A stretch of 64,000 nt of DNA from Gammaproteobacteria bacterium (GCA_029882975.1 JAOUJW010000003.1:67090-131089); one strand, 5' to 3'; counted from the first letter of the stretch, positions 45,669 to 56,104 are shown. A program made the numbers and translations. Notes: generated by a model from the sequence alone, not told the origin.

Positions 45669-47777
45669 CTAAGACGCACTGCGATATCTGTTGTTGTGTG
45701 GGTTTAAAAACTTTTTCTCGAAAACGATCTCGGGTAAGGGCCTGCTGATATAAAACCCCTGCGCCTCATTGCAATTATGCTGCACCAAAAAATTCATCTG
45801 TTCCTGGGTTTCAACGCCTTCTGCGATTACATTCATATTCAGGGTGTGGCATAAAGCAATAATCAGTTTGGCTATTTCACCGTTTTCACCATTGGGTTGT
45901 ATATCCCAGATGAAGGAGCGGTCAATTTTTAGCGTTTGTAAGGGCATGTGTTTTAGGGAACTGAGAGACGAATACCCGGTGCCAAAATCGTCCATAGAGG
46001 TTTGTACCCCCATTTCCCGAAATGCGGACAGAATATTGATCGTTCGTCCTATATCGCTCATGACGCAGGATTCGGTGAGTTCCAGGTCCAGGCAGCCCGG
46101 GGGGATGCCCGTATCGGCAAGTACCTTTTCCACATCCTTAATCAATGCGGCATCTTCAAATTGCTGTGCAGAAAGGTTTACACCTACTTTCAATTTACCG
46201 TAACCGGCGGCGATCCATTGGCTTACCTGGTTTGCGGCAGTTCTCAAGGCCCAGCGACCAATTGGTACGATCAGCCCGGTTTCCTCAGCAAGAGGTATAA
46301 ACTGGTCCGGAGGGATCAGTCCTTTTTCAGGGTGCTGCCAACGGATTAAGGCCTCCATTCCTTGAAGGCTGCGGTTGCTAACAGATACCTGAGGTTGGTA
46401 ATACAAGGTGAAGTTTTCTCGGCCAATGGCTTTGCGCAGTTCTGTTAGTGTGGCCAGTCTTTCAGAAGCGATGTTAATAGAGCTTTTTTGGTATCTGGTT
46501 TGTCGATTACCACCTTTCGCTTTTGCAACAAACATGGCGGATTCAGCGTATTGAATCAGCATGTCGCCATTGCCGTGCTGTTTGGGGTAAAAGGCAGTGC
46601 CCAGACTGAACGTAAGATAGATTTCGTGTTGGTCAAGCGTGAAAGTTTTGTGCAGTTGTTGTGTGAGATTGTCTATAAAATATTGAATTTCATTTTCTGC
46701 TTTGGTTGACGGAGTGACTAGAATGAAAATATCCCCGCTGATGCGACCGATAAGTTTTGCGCCGCACTGGTTTAGTCGATCACTTAGTTGAAGCAGAAGC
46801 TTGTTGCCTTTGTCATAACCAAAAGAATCATTGATTTGTTTAAAACGGTCGATCCCTATACAGATGACACCGAGTTGTTCAGTTTTCTTGGCAATAATAA
46901 GTTCGTTGAGTTGATGTATGAGTAAACGGAGTTTAGGAAGTTTGGTCAGCTCGTCGAAACTGAGCTGTTGATGCAGTTGCAGGTCGTACTCTACTTTGTC
47001 ACTGATATTTTGGACCGTGCATGTGAGTTTCAGGTGTCGATTGTCCGCGTTCACCACCTCGCCATGCTCTTGCACATAAACCGTTTCATCCGATTCTCCC
47101 AGCATGCGGTGTTCCAGTTGAAAGGTTAAATCCGGATGCAGCGTTTGTGAAAACAGACTGGAAAAAAAGTCTCTGTCGCCGGGATGAATAAGCGCAAGGA
47201 ACTCCTCCGGGCTTATATCCAGGTCTTGTTCCTTGCGGTTTAGTAGCTCAAACAGTTCTTCGGTACAAAATACAGTGCGCTTCACCGGGTCAAATTCCCA
47301 ATAGGCTATACCGGCTATTTTTTGGATTTCTACCAACTGCTTGCGTTTTGTATGGAGTTCTCGTTCGTTTATGGATGCGCGTAGTGTGTATATAACTCTT
47401 TGTGACAATAACTGGGGGTTGACGGGCTTGGGTATGAAATCTGTGACACCTTTGTCGAGACAGCGTTCGATAATGGTATTGTCATTGCGCCAGGTCAGCA
47501 TGATTATCGGCGGGAGCGGTTCGTCTTTCGCCCTCAGTGTTTCTATAAACTCGAGCCCGCTGCCATCCGGCAATGCGTAGTCTAACAAAATCAAATCGGG
47601 TGGACAGACTTGGCAGGCATGGTAGGCTTCCTTTAAACAGCTCGCTCCATGCACTCTAATGCCGTATAAGCCCAGTAGGCTGGATACGAGAGCAGAAATG
47701 ACAGGGTCGTCGTCTACGACGAGTATATTGTTAACATCGTTGTTAAATTCGATTGGGCTGTCGGTCTCGACTTTCAT
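45669..47777 (-). CDS. Response regulator receiver-PAS-GGDEF(degenerate)-EAL protein
   Basis: N-terminal receiver (ILVVDDDPV..LILLDYALPDGSG). The GGDEF motif is degenerate (RISGDIFIL). The EAL domain is intact (MEALIRWQHP..DLELTES..QGFYISRP). Confidence 0.8.
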   Translation of the reverse strand: MKVETDSPIEFNNDVNNILVVDDDPVISALVSSLLGLYGIRVHGASCLKEAYHACQVCPPDLILLDYALPDGSGLEFIETLRAKDEPLPPIIMLTWRNDNTIIERCLDKGVTDFIPKPVNPQLLSQRVIYTLRASINERELHTKRKQLVEIQKIAGIAYWEFDPVKRTVFCTEELFELLNRKEQDLDISPEEFLALIHPGDRDFFSSLFSQTLHPDLTFQLEHRMLGESDETVYVQEHGEVVNADNRHLKLTCTVQNISDKVEYDLQLHQQLSFDELTKLPKLRLLIHQLNELIIAKKTEQLGVICIGIDRFKQINDSFGYDKGNKLLLQLSDRLNQCGAKLIGRISGDIFILVTPSTKAENEIQYFIDNLTQQLHKTFTLDQHEIYLTFSLGTAFYPKQHGNGDMLIQYAESAMFVAKAKGGNRQTRYQKSSINIASERLATLTELRKAIGRENFTLYYQPQVSVSNRSLQGMEALIRWQHPEKGLIPPDQFIPLAEETGLIVPIGRWALRTAANQVSQWIAAGYGKLKVGVNLSAQQFEDAALIKDVEKVLADTGIPPGCLDLELTESCVMSDIGRTINILSAFREMGVQTSMDDFGTGYSSLSSLKHMPLQTLKIDRSFIWDIQPNGENGEIAKLIIALCHTLNMNVIAEGVETQEQMNFLVQHNCNEAQGFYISRPLPEIVFEKKFLNPHNNRYRSAS

Positions 47778-47889
47778 CTGCTCGCGTTCAAGTTATGGGG
47801 CAATATTGGGCGAATTCCGGATGTCATTGTTTTATCGGATGCAAACGCCCGGGATTGAAGTGGGAAATGTTAAATATGCTTGAATCTTA

Positions 47890-47916
47890 AGCAAAAAGGG
47901 CGGACTGCGTCCGCCT
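47890..47916 (-). terminator. Rho-independent terminator for the gene ending at 47943
   Basis: Hairpin gggcggac-tgc-gtccgcc. On the minus strand it is followed by a T-run (AAAAA on the plus strand at 47893-47897). Confidence 0.55.
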
Positions 47917-47942
47917 TTCTTGTTGAGGATTAAAAGAAGGGG

Positions 47943-49202
47943 CTATCGCAATTGATCTGCAACGATTCGATCTTTCTCGATACGGTCTTCAACTCGTGCA
48001 AAAGCCTGAGTGACGTATCGGTTGGGCTTTTTCAGCAAGGTCTCGGCATGACGATAATTGTCCAGAGCCAGTTCCATGTCATTTTTGACTTCAGCGCAAA
48101 CACCTAGGTTGTAGTAAATAGCAGCAGACTGGTTATACAACTGCTGGGCCCGGTGAAAATCATTGCAGGCACGGTCCAGATGGCCGCTTTTTGCAAAGCG
48201 TAAGGCGCTGTCAAAAATGGATTTTGCTTCTTTGTGGTCTTTGAGTTCACTGCCATCTTTATTTAACAATTGAATGGACATGGTGATTTCATAAGGTGCG
48301 ACGTCGTGCCGCATTTTCTCGATAGCGGTATCCATTGCCATCTTTGACAAATCAACGGGGTCTTTGGCCTGGTTGTTCTTTTCGTTATTGCAATAACTAT
48401 GGGTTTGATTAGCGCTATAGGTTTTGGCAAAGGTGATTTGATTGTTGTCAACATTGACAGCTTTAATGGCAAATTCAATCTCCGCACTTTGTTTGGTGCA
48501 GGGTATTTTATGTTTGACGTATTCCACACATTTTTTGGAGCTAATGCCGGGTGTTAAGGGATTGTTTTTTTGTTCGTACTTAACGCATTCGCTTTCTTCT
48601 TTTTCGTAGCGCTCATAGTTAACAAAAGGCCATTTGACCGCACCGGTTAAAATCGTATCTGCTCCCGATAATTGTCCCAATCGTACGGCGTCTTGTCGTT
48701 GAAACACATAGCTTGGAGGTGTGATCTCAGGCAGTGAAACCTCATTGCGTGCCCGGCGTCTTGGGGACTTTCTGGGACCGGTTTTTATTGGTTTGAGTCC
48801 CGGTGGTTTGGGGATGGCGTCAAACAAGGACAATATAGAGGCAATGTCGCCCGATTCGCCAAATTGGGCTGCTTCCTGCAGTAGGTGTTGAGGTACCGTA
48901 AAATTGTTGGCCACTATCGAATCCATCATGCCGGGGTCAATGACGGCAAAGTACGGCGAACCCTGGACTCGGATGTTGGTAAAAAACGCTTCCATTTTCG
49001 CCGTAAATATCCCTTTGCGATCACCATGAAAGTCGATAACGGCGAGTTTTTTTGAATTTTTCATCACATCGGCGTTGGCGGGCATAAGGACTCGTTGCTT
49101 CACTGTGGGACCGGCACAAGCCGAGGCAAGTAGGCATAGAATACAGAGGAAGTTCAGACGTGGATTCAAGCGGTGGTATATTTTCATGATATTGACTGTC
49201 AT
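47943..49202 (-). CDS. Hypothetical lipoprotein with C-terminal TPR-like repeats
   Basis: Lipobox LLASACAG. C-terminal TPR-like helices (AQQLYNQSAAIYYNLGVCAEVKNDMELALDNYRHAETLL). Confidence 0.45.
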   Translation of the reverse strand: MTVNIMKIYHRLNPRLNFLCILCLLASACAGPTVKQRVLMPANADVMKNSKKLAVIDFHGDRKGIFTAKMEAFFTNIRVQGSPYFAVIDPGMMDSIVANNFTVPQHLLQEAAQFGESGDIASILSLFDAIPKPPGLKPIKTGPRKSPRRRARNEVSLPEITPPSYVFQRQDAVRLGQLSGADTILTGAVKWPFVNYERYEKEESECVKYEQKNNPLTPGISSKKCVEYVKHKIPCTKQSAEIEFAIKAVNVDNNQITFAKTYSANQTHSYCNNEKNNQAKDPVDLSKMAMDTAIEKMRHDVAPYEITMSIQLLNKDGSELKDHKEAKSIFDSALRFAKSGHLDRACNDFHRAQQLYNQSAAIYYNLGVCAEVKNDMELALDNYRHAETLLKKPNRYVTQAFARVEDRIEKDRIVADQLR

Positions 49203-49355
49203 GGAGAAGCTCCGTAGGTCGTTGGTTTTCTTTGTAATGAGGTTAATAATAGGTGATTCGTTGGATTATTCCAGAATTAAACAGGGTAGGAGTTGCGCTA
49301 CGCGTCGCAACCTGGACGGTGAGCCGCAGTTATACAGGGAATCAGGTCTTGGTGA

Positions 49356-50744
49356 CTACAAAGTCGTTTTTTTGGCTATGCGCACCAGCTGCGCCAGTTC
49401 TGCTTCGATATGCTTGCGTTTGGCTTCCAGATAACGCCTGAGTTTACGCTTGCGGACAAATAGGGCGAACACCCGCAGGTTTTCCCAAATACGGCGTCGT
49501 TCTTTACGATAAAACAGCGCCAGGGCTGCACTGATAGGCAGGCTGGCGGCATAGAGCAATGCCGCCCCGATTTCATAATAATAGAATACAAGTGCGGTTT
49601 GAGTGCCCCAAAATATCCAGAAAAAGAATAATCCCAGGACCATTTTCGCAGTGTCGTATTGGTCGCGACCTTTCGATACGGCGCGGGCAATGGCCCGTGT
49701 TAATATAAACGGGGCAATAGAGTTCAGAATACCCCAGGCGGCCAAGGGCAAAACCAAGACAATAACCGCGATGCTGCGTAGAATGAAGCGACTCACGTTG
49801 CCCAGCCGGTAGTCAAAGGTCAGTGTATAGTCGCGGATTCCCCAATGTTGGCATAGGCGCTCAAATTGCGCCAGTTGGCGTTTGAGCTGTACCACTTTGT
49901 TGGGACAATGCTCCCGCAAGTGTTCTTGTGCTTGAGCGATTTTTTTCAACGCCTTGAATCGCAACTCCATACTTCGACGTCTGTACTTGCCGTGGCGCAT
50001 GGCAAAAAAACGCTCCAACCACTGGATAAATTCAAAGTCACCTTCGCTGTCTGCATTGAGGGTGACCGCTTCCAGTTCGGTTTGAATTTTGTGGGTAAAT
50101 AACCGAATCCGTTCCGGGTCTGGGCCGATGCGGTCCAGTTCCTGTTGGGCGGCCAAGGGTGGGTTGATTTTGATGAGTACACGGCTGCGAAAACGACCTT
50201 TATCGGAAAAATTCAAACCGATGGGGACAATGAGGGGTTCGATGTTGCGCTGTAAAGCGCCTTCAGCCAGACGGGCTATGCCGGTTTTCAAGGTTCTCAG
50301 TTTGGGATCTGAATGGCTTTGCCCCTCAGGAAAGATTAATAGCCACTCGCCAATCTCCAGCATGTCATGACAGCGAGCGAACATATCCAGATTGTGGTTC
50401 ATGTCGCCTTCGCCGTCCTGTTGTCGGTATACAGGAACGGCCTGAATCAAATTGAGAACCGGTTTCAATACAGGATTTTTAAACAGACCGCTACGGGCAA
50501 TGGGGTGTACAGTTTTCGTGGTTATCGTTTGTACTATCAGAGCATCCGCCAGGGCATTGGCGTGGTTTGCACATAGGATCACGGCACCACTTTGGGGTAA
50601 GTTTTCCAGACCGGAAATCTCCAGTTCGCGGTAGAAAACGTTCACCATAACGCGGCAAAAACCTCGCCACATTTTTTGAAAAATTCCGTTTTTGGCTTGG
50701 ATGCTTGGCGCTAATGTCGTATTTGTACAGGGTGTAGATGCCAT
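49356..50744 (-). CDS. Lysophospholipid/glycerol-3-phosphate acyltransferase-family protein with C-terminal membrane domain
   Basis: Acyltransferase blocks (ILCANHANALAD.., LLIFPEGQSHSD). C-terminal transmembrane helices. Confidence 0.6.
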   Translation of the reverse strand: MASTPCTNTTLAPSIQAKNGIFQKMWRGFCRVMVNVFYRELEISGLENLPQSGAVILCANHANALADALIVQTITTKTVHPIARSGLFKNPVLKPVLNLIQAVPVYRQQDGEGDMNHNLDMFARCHDMLEIGEWLLIFPEGQSHSDPKLRTLKTGIARLAEGALQRNIEPLIVPIGLNFSDKGRFRSRVLIKINPPLAAQQELDRIGPDPERIRLFTHKIQTELEAVTLNADSEGDFEFIQWLERFFAMRHGKYRRRSMELRFKALKKIAQAQEHLREHCPNKVVQLKRQLAQFERLCQHWGIRDYTLTFDYRLGNVSRFILRSIAVIVLVLPLAAWGILNSIAPFILTRAIARAVSKGRDQYDTAKMVLGLFFFWIFWGTQTALVFYYYEIGAALLYAASLPISAALALFYRKERRRIWENLRVFALFVRKRKLRRYLEAKRKHIEAELAQLVRIAKKTTL

Positions 50745-50832
50745 CTTGCTTACTCAATCACAAACCACAGGTCATTGTAAGCTTCAATGCAAAAAAGTAA
50801 AGCATCCGGGATTGTGGGCTCAGCCGCGGCCC

Positions 50833-53361
50833 CTAATTGACGTTGATAATCGAAGAGGATTCTGCCAAAGCCCAGTTAACAAAAATGGGTTCCGGCAGAC
50901 CGAATTTATGGCCTTGAGCGAAATCTACGCCCATGGCCGCCAGTTTGTTGGAGGTTTTCTCGTTTTCTACACACTCAGCAATGGTTTTCATGCCCAACAA
51001 ATGCCCAATGTGGTTAACGGATTTAATGATTTCGCAGTTGACGGGGTTGTCTGTTAGATTGCTGACGAATTCTCCGTCTATTTTTAAATAGTCCACGGGC
51101 AGGTTGCTAAGGTAAGAGTAGGAACTCAGGCCTTTGCCAAAATCATCCAGAGCAAACTTAAATCCCAGTTGTTTGAGTTCTTTGATGAGCTTGGCGGCTT
51201 TTTCCAGATTTTCGATGGCAGCCGTCTCCGTGATTTCAAAGCAGACATTATCCGGGATCACGGGTGTACGTCGCAGTTCCTTGGTTATATATTCCAGTAA
51301 AGTACCGCTGTTCAGCGAAGTGCCGGACAGGTTGATGGCGTAACGATCGTTGCTGGAGAACTGAAAACACTGTTCAAATGCAGTTCGGATCACCCAGCGA
51401 TCCAGTATAGGCATGATATTGTATCGTTCGGCAGCGGGTATGAAGCTGCTGGGTAATATCAGTTCGTCTGTGTCATCACGCAGACGGATAAGTAACTCAT
51501 AATGGCGTTGGGTATTGCTCAATTGGTTCCGTAGTGGCACCACTGCTTGTCGATATAGGACAAAACGCCCTTCTTTGAATGCTTGGGTGAGTCGGGACAC
51601 CCACTGCATTTCACCGTGCTTGCGCATGAGTTCCTTGTCTTTATTGTGAAACACATGGAAGCGGTTACGCCCCATGTCTTTTGCTACGTAGCAGGCCATG
51701 TCGGCGGCGCTGAGCAAACTGACTATGCTCTCGGTTCCCTTGTGAATCTGCACTATGCCGATGCTGGTGCCCAGCTGGAAGCTAATGCCTTGCCAATTAA
51801 AACGAAAGTTTTTGAATTCATACAGCAGTTCCTTGGCGAAATTCAAGGCATAGTCCAGGTTGGAATTTTCCAGCAATATGCCGAACTCATCGCCCCCGAG
51901 CCGAGCCAAGGTATCCACATTGCGTAATTTTTGCTGCAACAGCGAAGTGACTTTGATTAAAAGGTGGTCGCCGGCATCGTGACCGCAGGTGTCATTGACG
52001 ATTTTAAACTGGTCCAAATCCAGGTAAAACAGGGAATGATGGCGGCCGTTGCGCTTGGCGCTGCTGATCGCGTATTTGAGTTTACGGTCAAACGCACGTC
52101 GATTAATCACTCCGGTGAGGGCATCGTGACTGGCTTGAAATGCCAATTTGCGGCTTAGATCGCGGGTACGGCTGACGTCACGAAACACAATAATGGCACC
52201 CAATAATTGTTCGTCACTACCTCGAATAGGTGCCACGCTTTCTTCAATTGGAGTGGTTTTGCCATCTCGACTGATGAGTATGCTGGATTCTGTGCTGCTG
52301 ACTTGGCGATTTTCGCTGATGCATTGGTCCACCAAGCCCTCAATTGGGGTCTTGGTTTGCTCGTCTTGAATTTTGAAAATATTGTTGAGTTTTTCTTGCT
52401 GTGCTTCTGCTGTGGTCCAGCCCGTGAGTTCTTCGGCAATGGGGTTTAAAAAACGGACATTACCAAAGGCGTCAGTGGTGATGACTCCGTCGCCGATGGA
52501 TTGCAGGGTAACCAATGCCCGATCTTTTTCTTCGTTTAGTTCCTGGCTATTGCGTTTGAGTTTGAATAACACCAGGACAGTGTACGTGAGCAAGGCAAGG
52601 GATAACACGTAGAGTAAAATCCGGCTGGCATTGGTGTCCGCGAGCCTTGCTTCGTGACGATCCAAATGGATTTGCTGCATGGATTTGGTGATATCCGCGA
52701 TGGGTAATTGCAGCATGTTATTAATGATGTTGCCTACCTCGGTTTGTTTTTCGCTGATAAATTCTATGTGTCGCACGACTTTGTTAATGTAAGGGGCGGT
52801 GGTTTTTGGCTTGTTGACTTGCCAGGTGGCGATCGCGTCCAATTCTGTATTTATGTCTGCTGCTAAAGTGCCGGAAAGTTGGCTGTTGAGTAAGGTGACG
52901 TGGGCTAATTTGTCCAGACGGCTACTGATTTTTTGGTAACCTCTTAAGAATCGCAAATGCGGTTTGGTGTTTTCCATTAGCGTAGGAAGACTGATCAAAG
53001 CGTTTTTCAACAAAGCATTGGCTGACTTGAATTGTTCCAAAAGTTGGATTTTTTTCATCAGGTTTTGGCTTAGAGCCCGGCTCATGGGGGCCAGAGAATC
53101 GGAAACCTGCTCAAGGGACTTGGCGTGGGTGCGCAGATCGGTAGCTATTTGTGACACTTTGTCATAATCGGAGTAGGCCGCAAAGCGGATCTTGAGCACT
53201 TCCTGGTTGATCTGCGAATCCTTGAGCTGGATATTGCGCAAATTTCCCAGAGAATGTTCATGCTGCTCCCAGTCCACCGTCTGCCGACTGATATAGACCG
53301 CGCTGACAGTCAGTATCAATGCCGAAAACGCAAGTATGACTCGTGAAAACGGTAATTTCAC
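50833..53361 (-). CDS. Membrane sensor PAS-GGDEF-EAL protein
   Basis: Two transmembrane segments flank a periplasmic region of roughly 250 aa. A PAS domain follows, then GGDEF (RLGGDEFGILL), then EAL (YELLIRL..CFEITETAAI..DDFGKGLSS). Its start overlaps the stop of the upstream ccp gene. Confidence 0.8.
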   Translation of the reverse strand: MKLPFSRVILAFSALILTVSAVYISRQTVDWEQHEHSLGNLRNIQLKDSQINQEVLKIRFAAYSDYDKVSQIATDLRTHAKSLEQVSDSLAPMSRALSQNLMKKIQLLEQFKSANALLKNALISLPTLMENTKPHLRFLRGYQKISSRLDKLAHVTLLNSQLSGTLAADINTELDAIATWQVNKPKTTAPYINKVVRHIEFISEKQTEVGNIINNMLQLPIADITKSMQQIHLDRHEARLADTNASRILLYVLSLALLTYTVLVLFKLKRNSQELNEEKDRALVTLQSIGDGVITTDAFGNVRFLNPIAEELTGWTTAEAQQEKLNNIFKIQDEQTKTPIEGLVDQCISENRQVSSTESSILISRDGKTTPIEESVAPIRGSDEQLLGAIIVFRDVSRTRDLSRKLAFQASHDALTGVINRRAFDRKLKYAISSAKRNGRHHSLFYLDLDQFKIVNDTCGHDAGDHLLIKVTSLLQQKLRNVDTLARLGGDEFGILLENSNLDYALNFAKELLYEFKNFRFNWQGISFQLGTSIGIVQIHKGTESIVSLLSAADMACYVAKDMGRNRFHVFHNKDKELMRKHGEMQWVSRLTQAFKEGRFVLYRQAVVPLRNQLSNTQRHYELLIRLRDDTDELILPSSFIPAAERYNIMPILDRWVIRTAFEQCFQFSSNDRYAINLSGTSLNSGTLLEYITKELRRTPVIPDNVCFEITETAAIENLEKAAKLIKELKQLGFKFALDDFGKGLSSYSYLSNLPVDYLKIDGEFVSNLTDNPVNCEIIKSVNHIGHLLGMKTIAECVENEKTSNKLAAMGVDFAQGHKFGLPEPIFVNWALAESSSIINVN

Positions 53362-54359
53362 AGCATTTGTCCGTTGTACTCCCCAGTGAGGGATTTTAGG
53401 AAACGTATAATCAAGTCCGTGTCCTGTTTTGGTATTGAGAGCCCCGGTGCTTGTCTCGACATGTGGTTTACCGCTCCTTCCAAGGTGGCTGCTGAGCCAT
53501 CGTGTAGATAGGGGGCGGTTAGGGCCACATTGCGCAGGCTGGGAACTCGAATTTTGTTATTTTTGCCCGAATTTCGATCCGTAAGGGTATTACCCAACGC
53601 CGGCGAAAATTTGTCAAGTGTAATTTCGGCCAGGGGAAGGGTCAGATTGCCACCCACATTAATACCTTGGTGGCAGACAATGCAACCGTGTTGTTTGAAT
53701 AGCCGGTATCCTGTTTTTTGTTTTTCATCAATGGCCTTGGGTTTTCCTCTAAGGTATTGATCAAAGGGAGAATTTGGCGTGCTGAGTGAGGCTACGTAAT
53801 AACTCAGGGCATCTTTGATGTTGGTGGCGGTAATACCATCACTATATAGAAGGTTAAATTTTCTCTCATAGCTGGGAATGTGGGCTAAGCGAGATGCCAG
53901 AATTTGCCAGGAATCGTTGAGTTCCAATAGAGCGTCATCCAATTGCTCGTCCAGGCTTTCGAACAATCCGTTCCAATAATAGCTGTCGTTGAATTTAACG
54001 TTAAAAATAGTGGGGGTATTGACCTCCTTACTTCTGGGCTCTTCGGGGTTAAGGGGGCGTGAGGTGGTTTTGCCATCACTACCTCCTTTGCTTAAGTCGT
54101 GGCAACTGCTGCAGGATTTACGCTCGTGACGGTCCAGTTGTTTTTCATGAAACAGAGATTCTCCCAGACTAAACTTTCGCCTGTCGATGTCTATTACCGG
54201 AATGGGTTGAACAGGTTCGTTAAGCAGCAACACGTCATGGTCATGTGCTGTAGCATTCTTGTACAGGGATAACATAATAACGGATGCGCAGACAGCAACC
54301 AGTGCGCAATAGGGCAAACTGCATTGACTCAATCCATGCATTATAGTCTTGGACCGCAT
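53358..54359 (-). CDS. Dihaem cytochrome c peroxidase (CCP/MauG family)
   Basis: Two CXXCH motifs (CSSCHDL, CIVCHQG). Family-typical length and signal peptide. The start may be further upstream, up to 54458. Confidence 0.75.
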   Translation of the reverse strand: MRSKTIMHGLSQCSLPYCALVAVCASVIMLSLYKNATAHDHDVLLLNEPVQPIPVIDIDRRKFSLGESLFHEKQLDRHERKSCSSCHDLSKGGSDGKTTSRPLNPEEPRSKEVNTPTIFNVKFNDSYYWNGLFESLDEQLDDALLELNDSWQILASRLAHIPSYERKFNLLYSDGITATNIKDALSYYVASLSTPNSPFDQYLRGKPKAIDEKQKTGYRLFKQHGCIVCHQGINVGGNLTLPLAEITLDKFSPALGNTLTDRNSGKNNKIRVPSLRNVALTAPYLHDGSAATLEGAVNHMSRQAPGLSIPKQDTDLIIRFLKSLTGEYNGQML

Positions 54360-54924
54360 TCTCTGTATCCCCCGCCGAGAATGAGTTGGGAGCTGTGTTA
54401 CAAGCGGCCTGAATAAAGGCCTTATCCTGTCCGGCTTCGTATTGGAATTGCTGAGCAATCTATGTAGGTATACTAATCCTTTTGGTCCCGAAATTCAAAA
54501 ATCCGTTTTCAGTGAGTGTTTCTTGTTCAAAAAGGTTGTATCTCTGTTTCGACTATTGCAGTGGTCAGGAAAGCAGCAACTGCTTAGTTTTGTTAAGTTA
54601 TGATTACCCTTGGATTGCCTAGCAACTGATCAGGTTAGGTAATATTACATATTCACATTTATAAGGTATTCGTTTTAGAATGAGTTGTGATGTCGGCAGG
54701 GCTGCCAAAGCAGGGAACTCCTGTGTTGTGTATCAAATGCAAGGATGTGTTTTTTCTTCTTTGTTGGATTCCGGTCGAACCCCTGTGTGACGTACGCATT
54801 TTTTGTGTAATACAGCACTATTTGTACAGCAATGGAAATGCTACGGTTTAGAATCTTTATTAGTGTGGCTGATTGGGTATTCTAAGCCGGCGCTTGGCGT
54901 TTCAAAAACAATCATAATAGGAGG

Positions 54925-55497
54925 ATGCAAATGAAATATAAAGGAGTATTGTTAAGTTCTGTATTGTTGGGGGCTGCCATGTTTTCGTTTGGTGCGGTTG
55001 CGGGTGAGGACTGTCCGGTGGGATTGGTCAGTGGAATGACATTAGATGACGAATTTGGTCCAGGCACACAGGCACTCACCCGGTGTTTACAAAAAACGAA
55101 AAAGGTAAAAGTGGTGTACCAGATACATAACACCTGTAAAGATTCAGGGTGCACCGCACCCTACGCTCTGGGGAATATCAAAAATGCTATTAAGGACTAT
55201 GAAATCACCCATGGCCTGGATAAGGACGACTATCAAATTGTGGCAATTGTGCACAGTGGTGGAACGGGTTTGGTCTTGAATAATAATGCGGCTAACCCCA
55301 ACGCCATTTCGAATCCTTTTCAGAAGGCTATGGAAGATGTCATCGGTCTGGGCGTAAAAGTCTATTATTGCCAAAACACAGCGCGTAAGAAAGGCGTAAA
55401 AACAGATCAGCTCATTGAGGGTGTGGGTTATGTGACTGCAGGTGTCACCGCTATCGCCGACCTTCAATTGAAAGGGTTCGCTTACGTTCAGCCATAA
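54925..55497 (+). CDS. Secreted DsrE/DsrF-like (YchN fold) protein
   Basis: Signal peptide present. Pattern VKVVYQIHN..C.., VAIVHSGG, VKVYYCQNTARKKGV.., YVTAGVTAIADLQLKGFAYVQP resembles DsrE-family proteins. Assignment by pattern only. Confidence 0.45.
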   Translation: MQMKYKGVLLSSVLLGAAMFSFGAVAGEDCPVGLVSGMTLDDEFGPGTQALTRCLQKTKKVKVVYQIHNTCKDSGCTAPYALGNIKNAIKDYEITHGLDKDDYQIVAIVHSGGTGLVLNNNAANPNAISNPFQKAMEDVIGLGVKVYYCQNTARKKGVKTDQLIEGVGYVTAGVTAIADLQLKGFAYVQP

Positions 55498-55591
55498 CAA
55501 AGCATTAGTGATGGTGATGGGGCTGCCGCCAAAGTGGCGGTCCTATCTTTAAATTCGGTGTGTCATTCCCCCATAAACCCATGGACGCTCA

Positions 55592-56104
55592 TTAAGGTAG
55601 GGTGTGTATGCTGCCGGCAGCTGTATCCAATCTCAGATTGTGTTCGCTGGCATACGCGTAAAGTTTCTTTTTCAATTGTTCTATTTTTGTGTTTTTCAGT
55701 AAGTGCATGCCGTTTTCTACGGCTGTTAAGGCTACGAGGCGGTTTAAGTCCAGGGGTTTGTCGCACGCGATGACCCACAGGGTTTCTTTCCCGTAGGGCG
55801 GCCCAACACTAAATTCAAAACCCGCATCCGCAGCCGGGACACTGATAAACTGAGCCGCTTTGTAGAAGGTTTCTGCTTGCTGTTGGTTGGGCAGGACCAG
55901 GGTCAGGTCACCGGCAGCGTCCTCATAAATTACGTGTAAATAAGCATCTTGATGCAAACTCACTAAAAAGGCAATGGTGTCGCCTTGGCGGAAAGTTTGC
56001 CGGTCGCCCAGATGGGTGGTAACACTCAGTTTGAACTCGGCACTTGCGCCCGTGTGGCTGTTCAACACCAGAGAGATAAGCAAGATGCGCCAAAACGGTT
56101 TCAT
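55592..56104 (-). CDS. Secreted DUF4384-domain protein
   Basis: Signal peptide (MKPFWRILLISLVLNSHTGASA). Pattern FRQGDTIAFLVSLHQDAYLHVIYEDAAGDLTLVLP typical of DUF4384. Last gene of the caspase cluster. Confidence 0.55.
   Translation of the reverse strand: MKPFWRILLISLVLNSHTGASAEFKLSVTTHLGDRQTFRQGDTIAFLVSLHQDAYLHVIYEDAAGDLTLVLPNQQQAETFYKAAQFISVPAADAGFEFSVGPPYGKETLWVIACDKPLDLNRLVALTAVENGMHLLKNTKIEQLKKKLYAYASEHNLRLDTAAGSIHTLP

Noticed and set aside
55515-55555. Weak hairpin (gccgcc-aaagt-ggcggt) after the DsrE-like gene.
   Set aside because: Stem includes a G-U pair and only a short T-run follows. Too weak to call.
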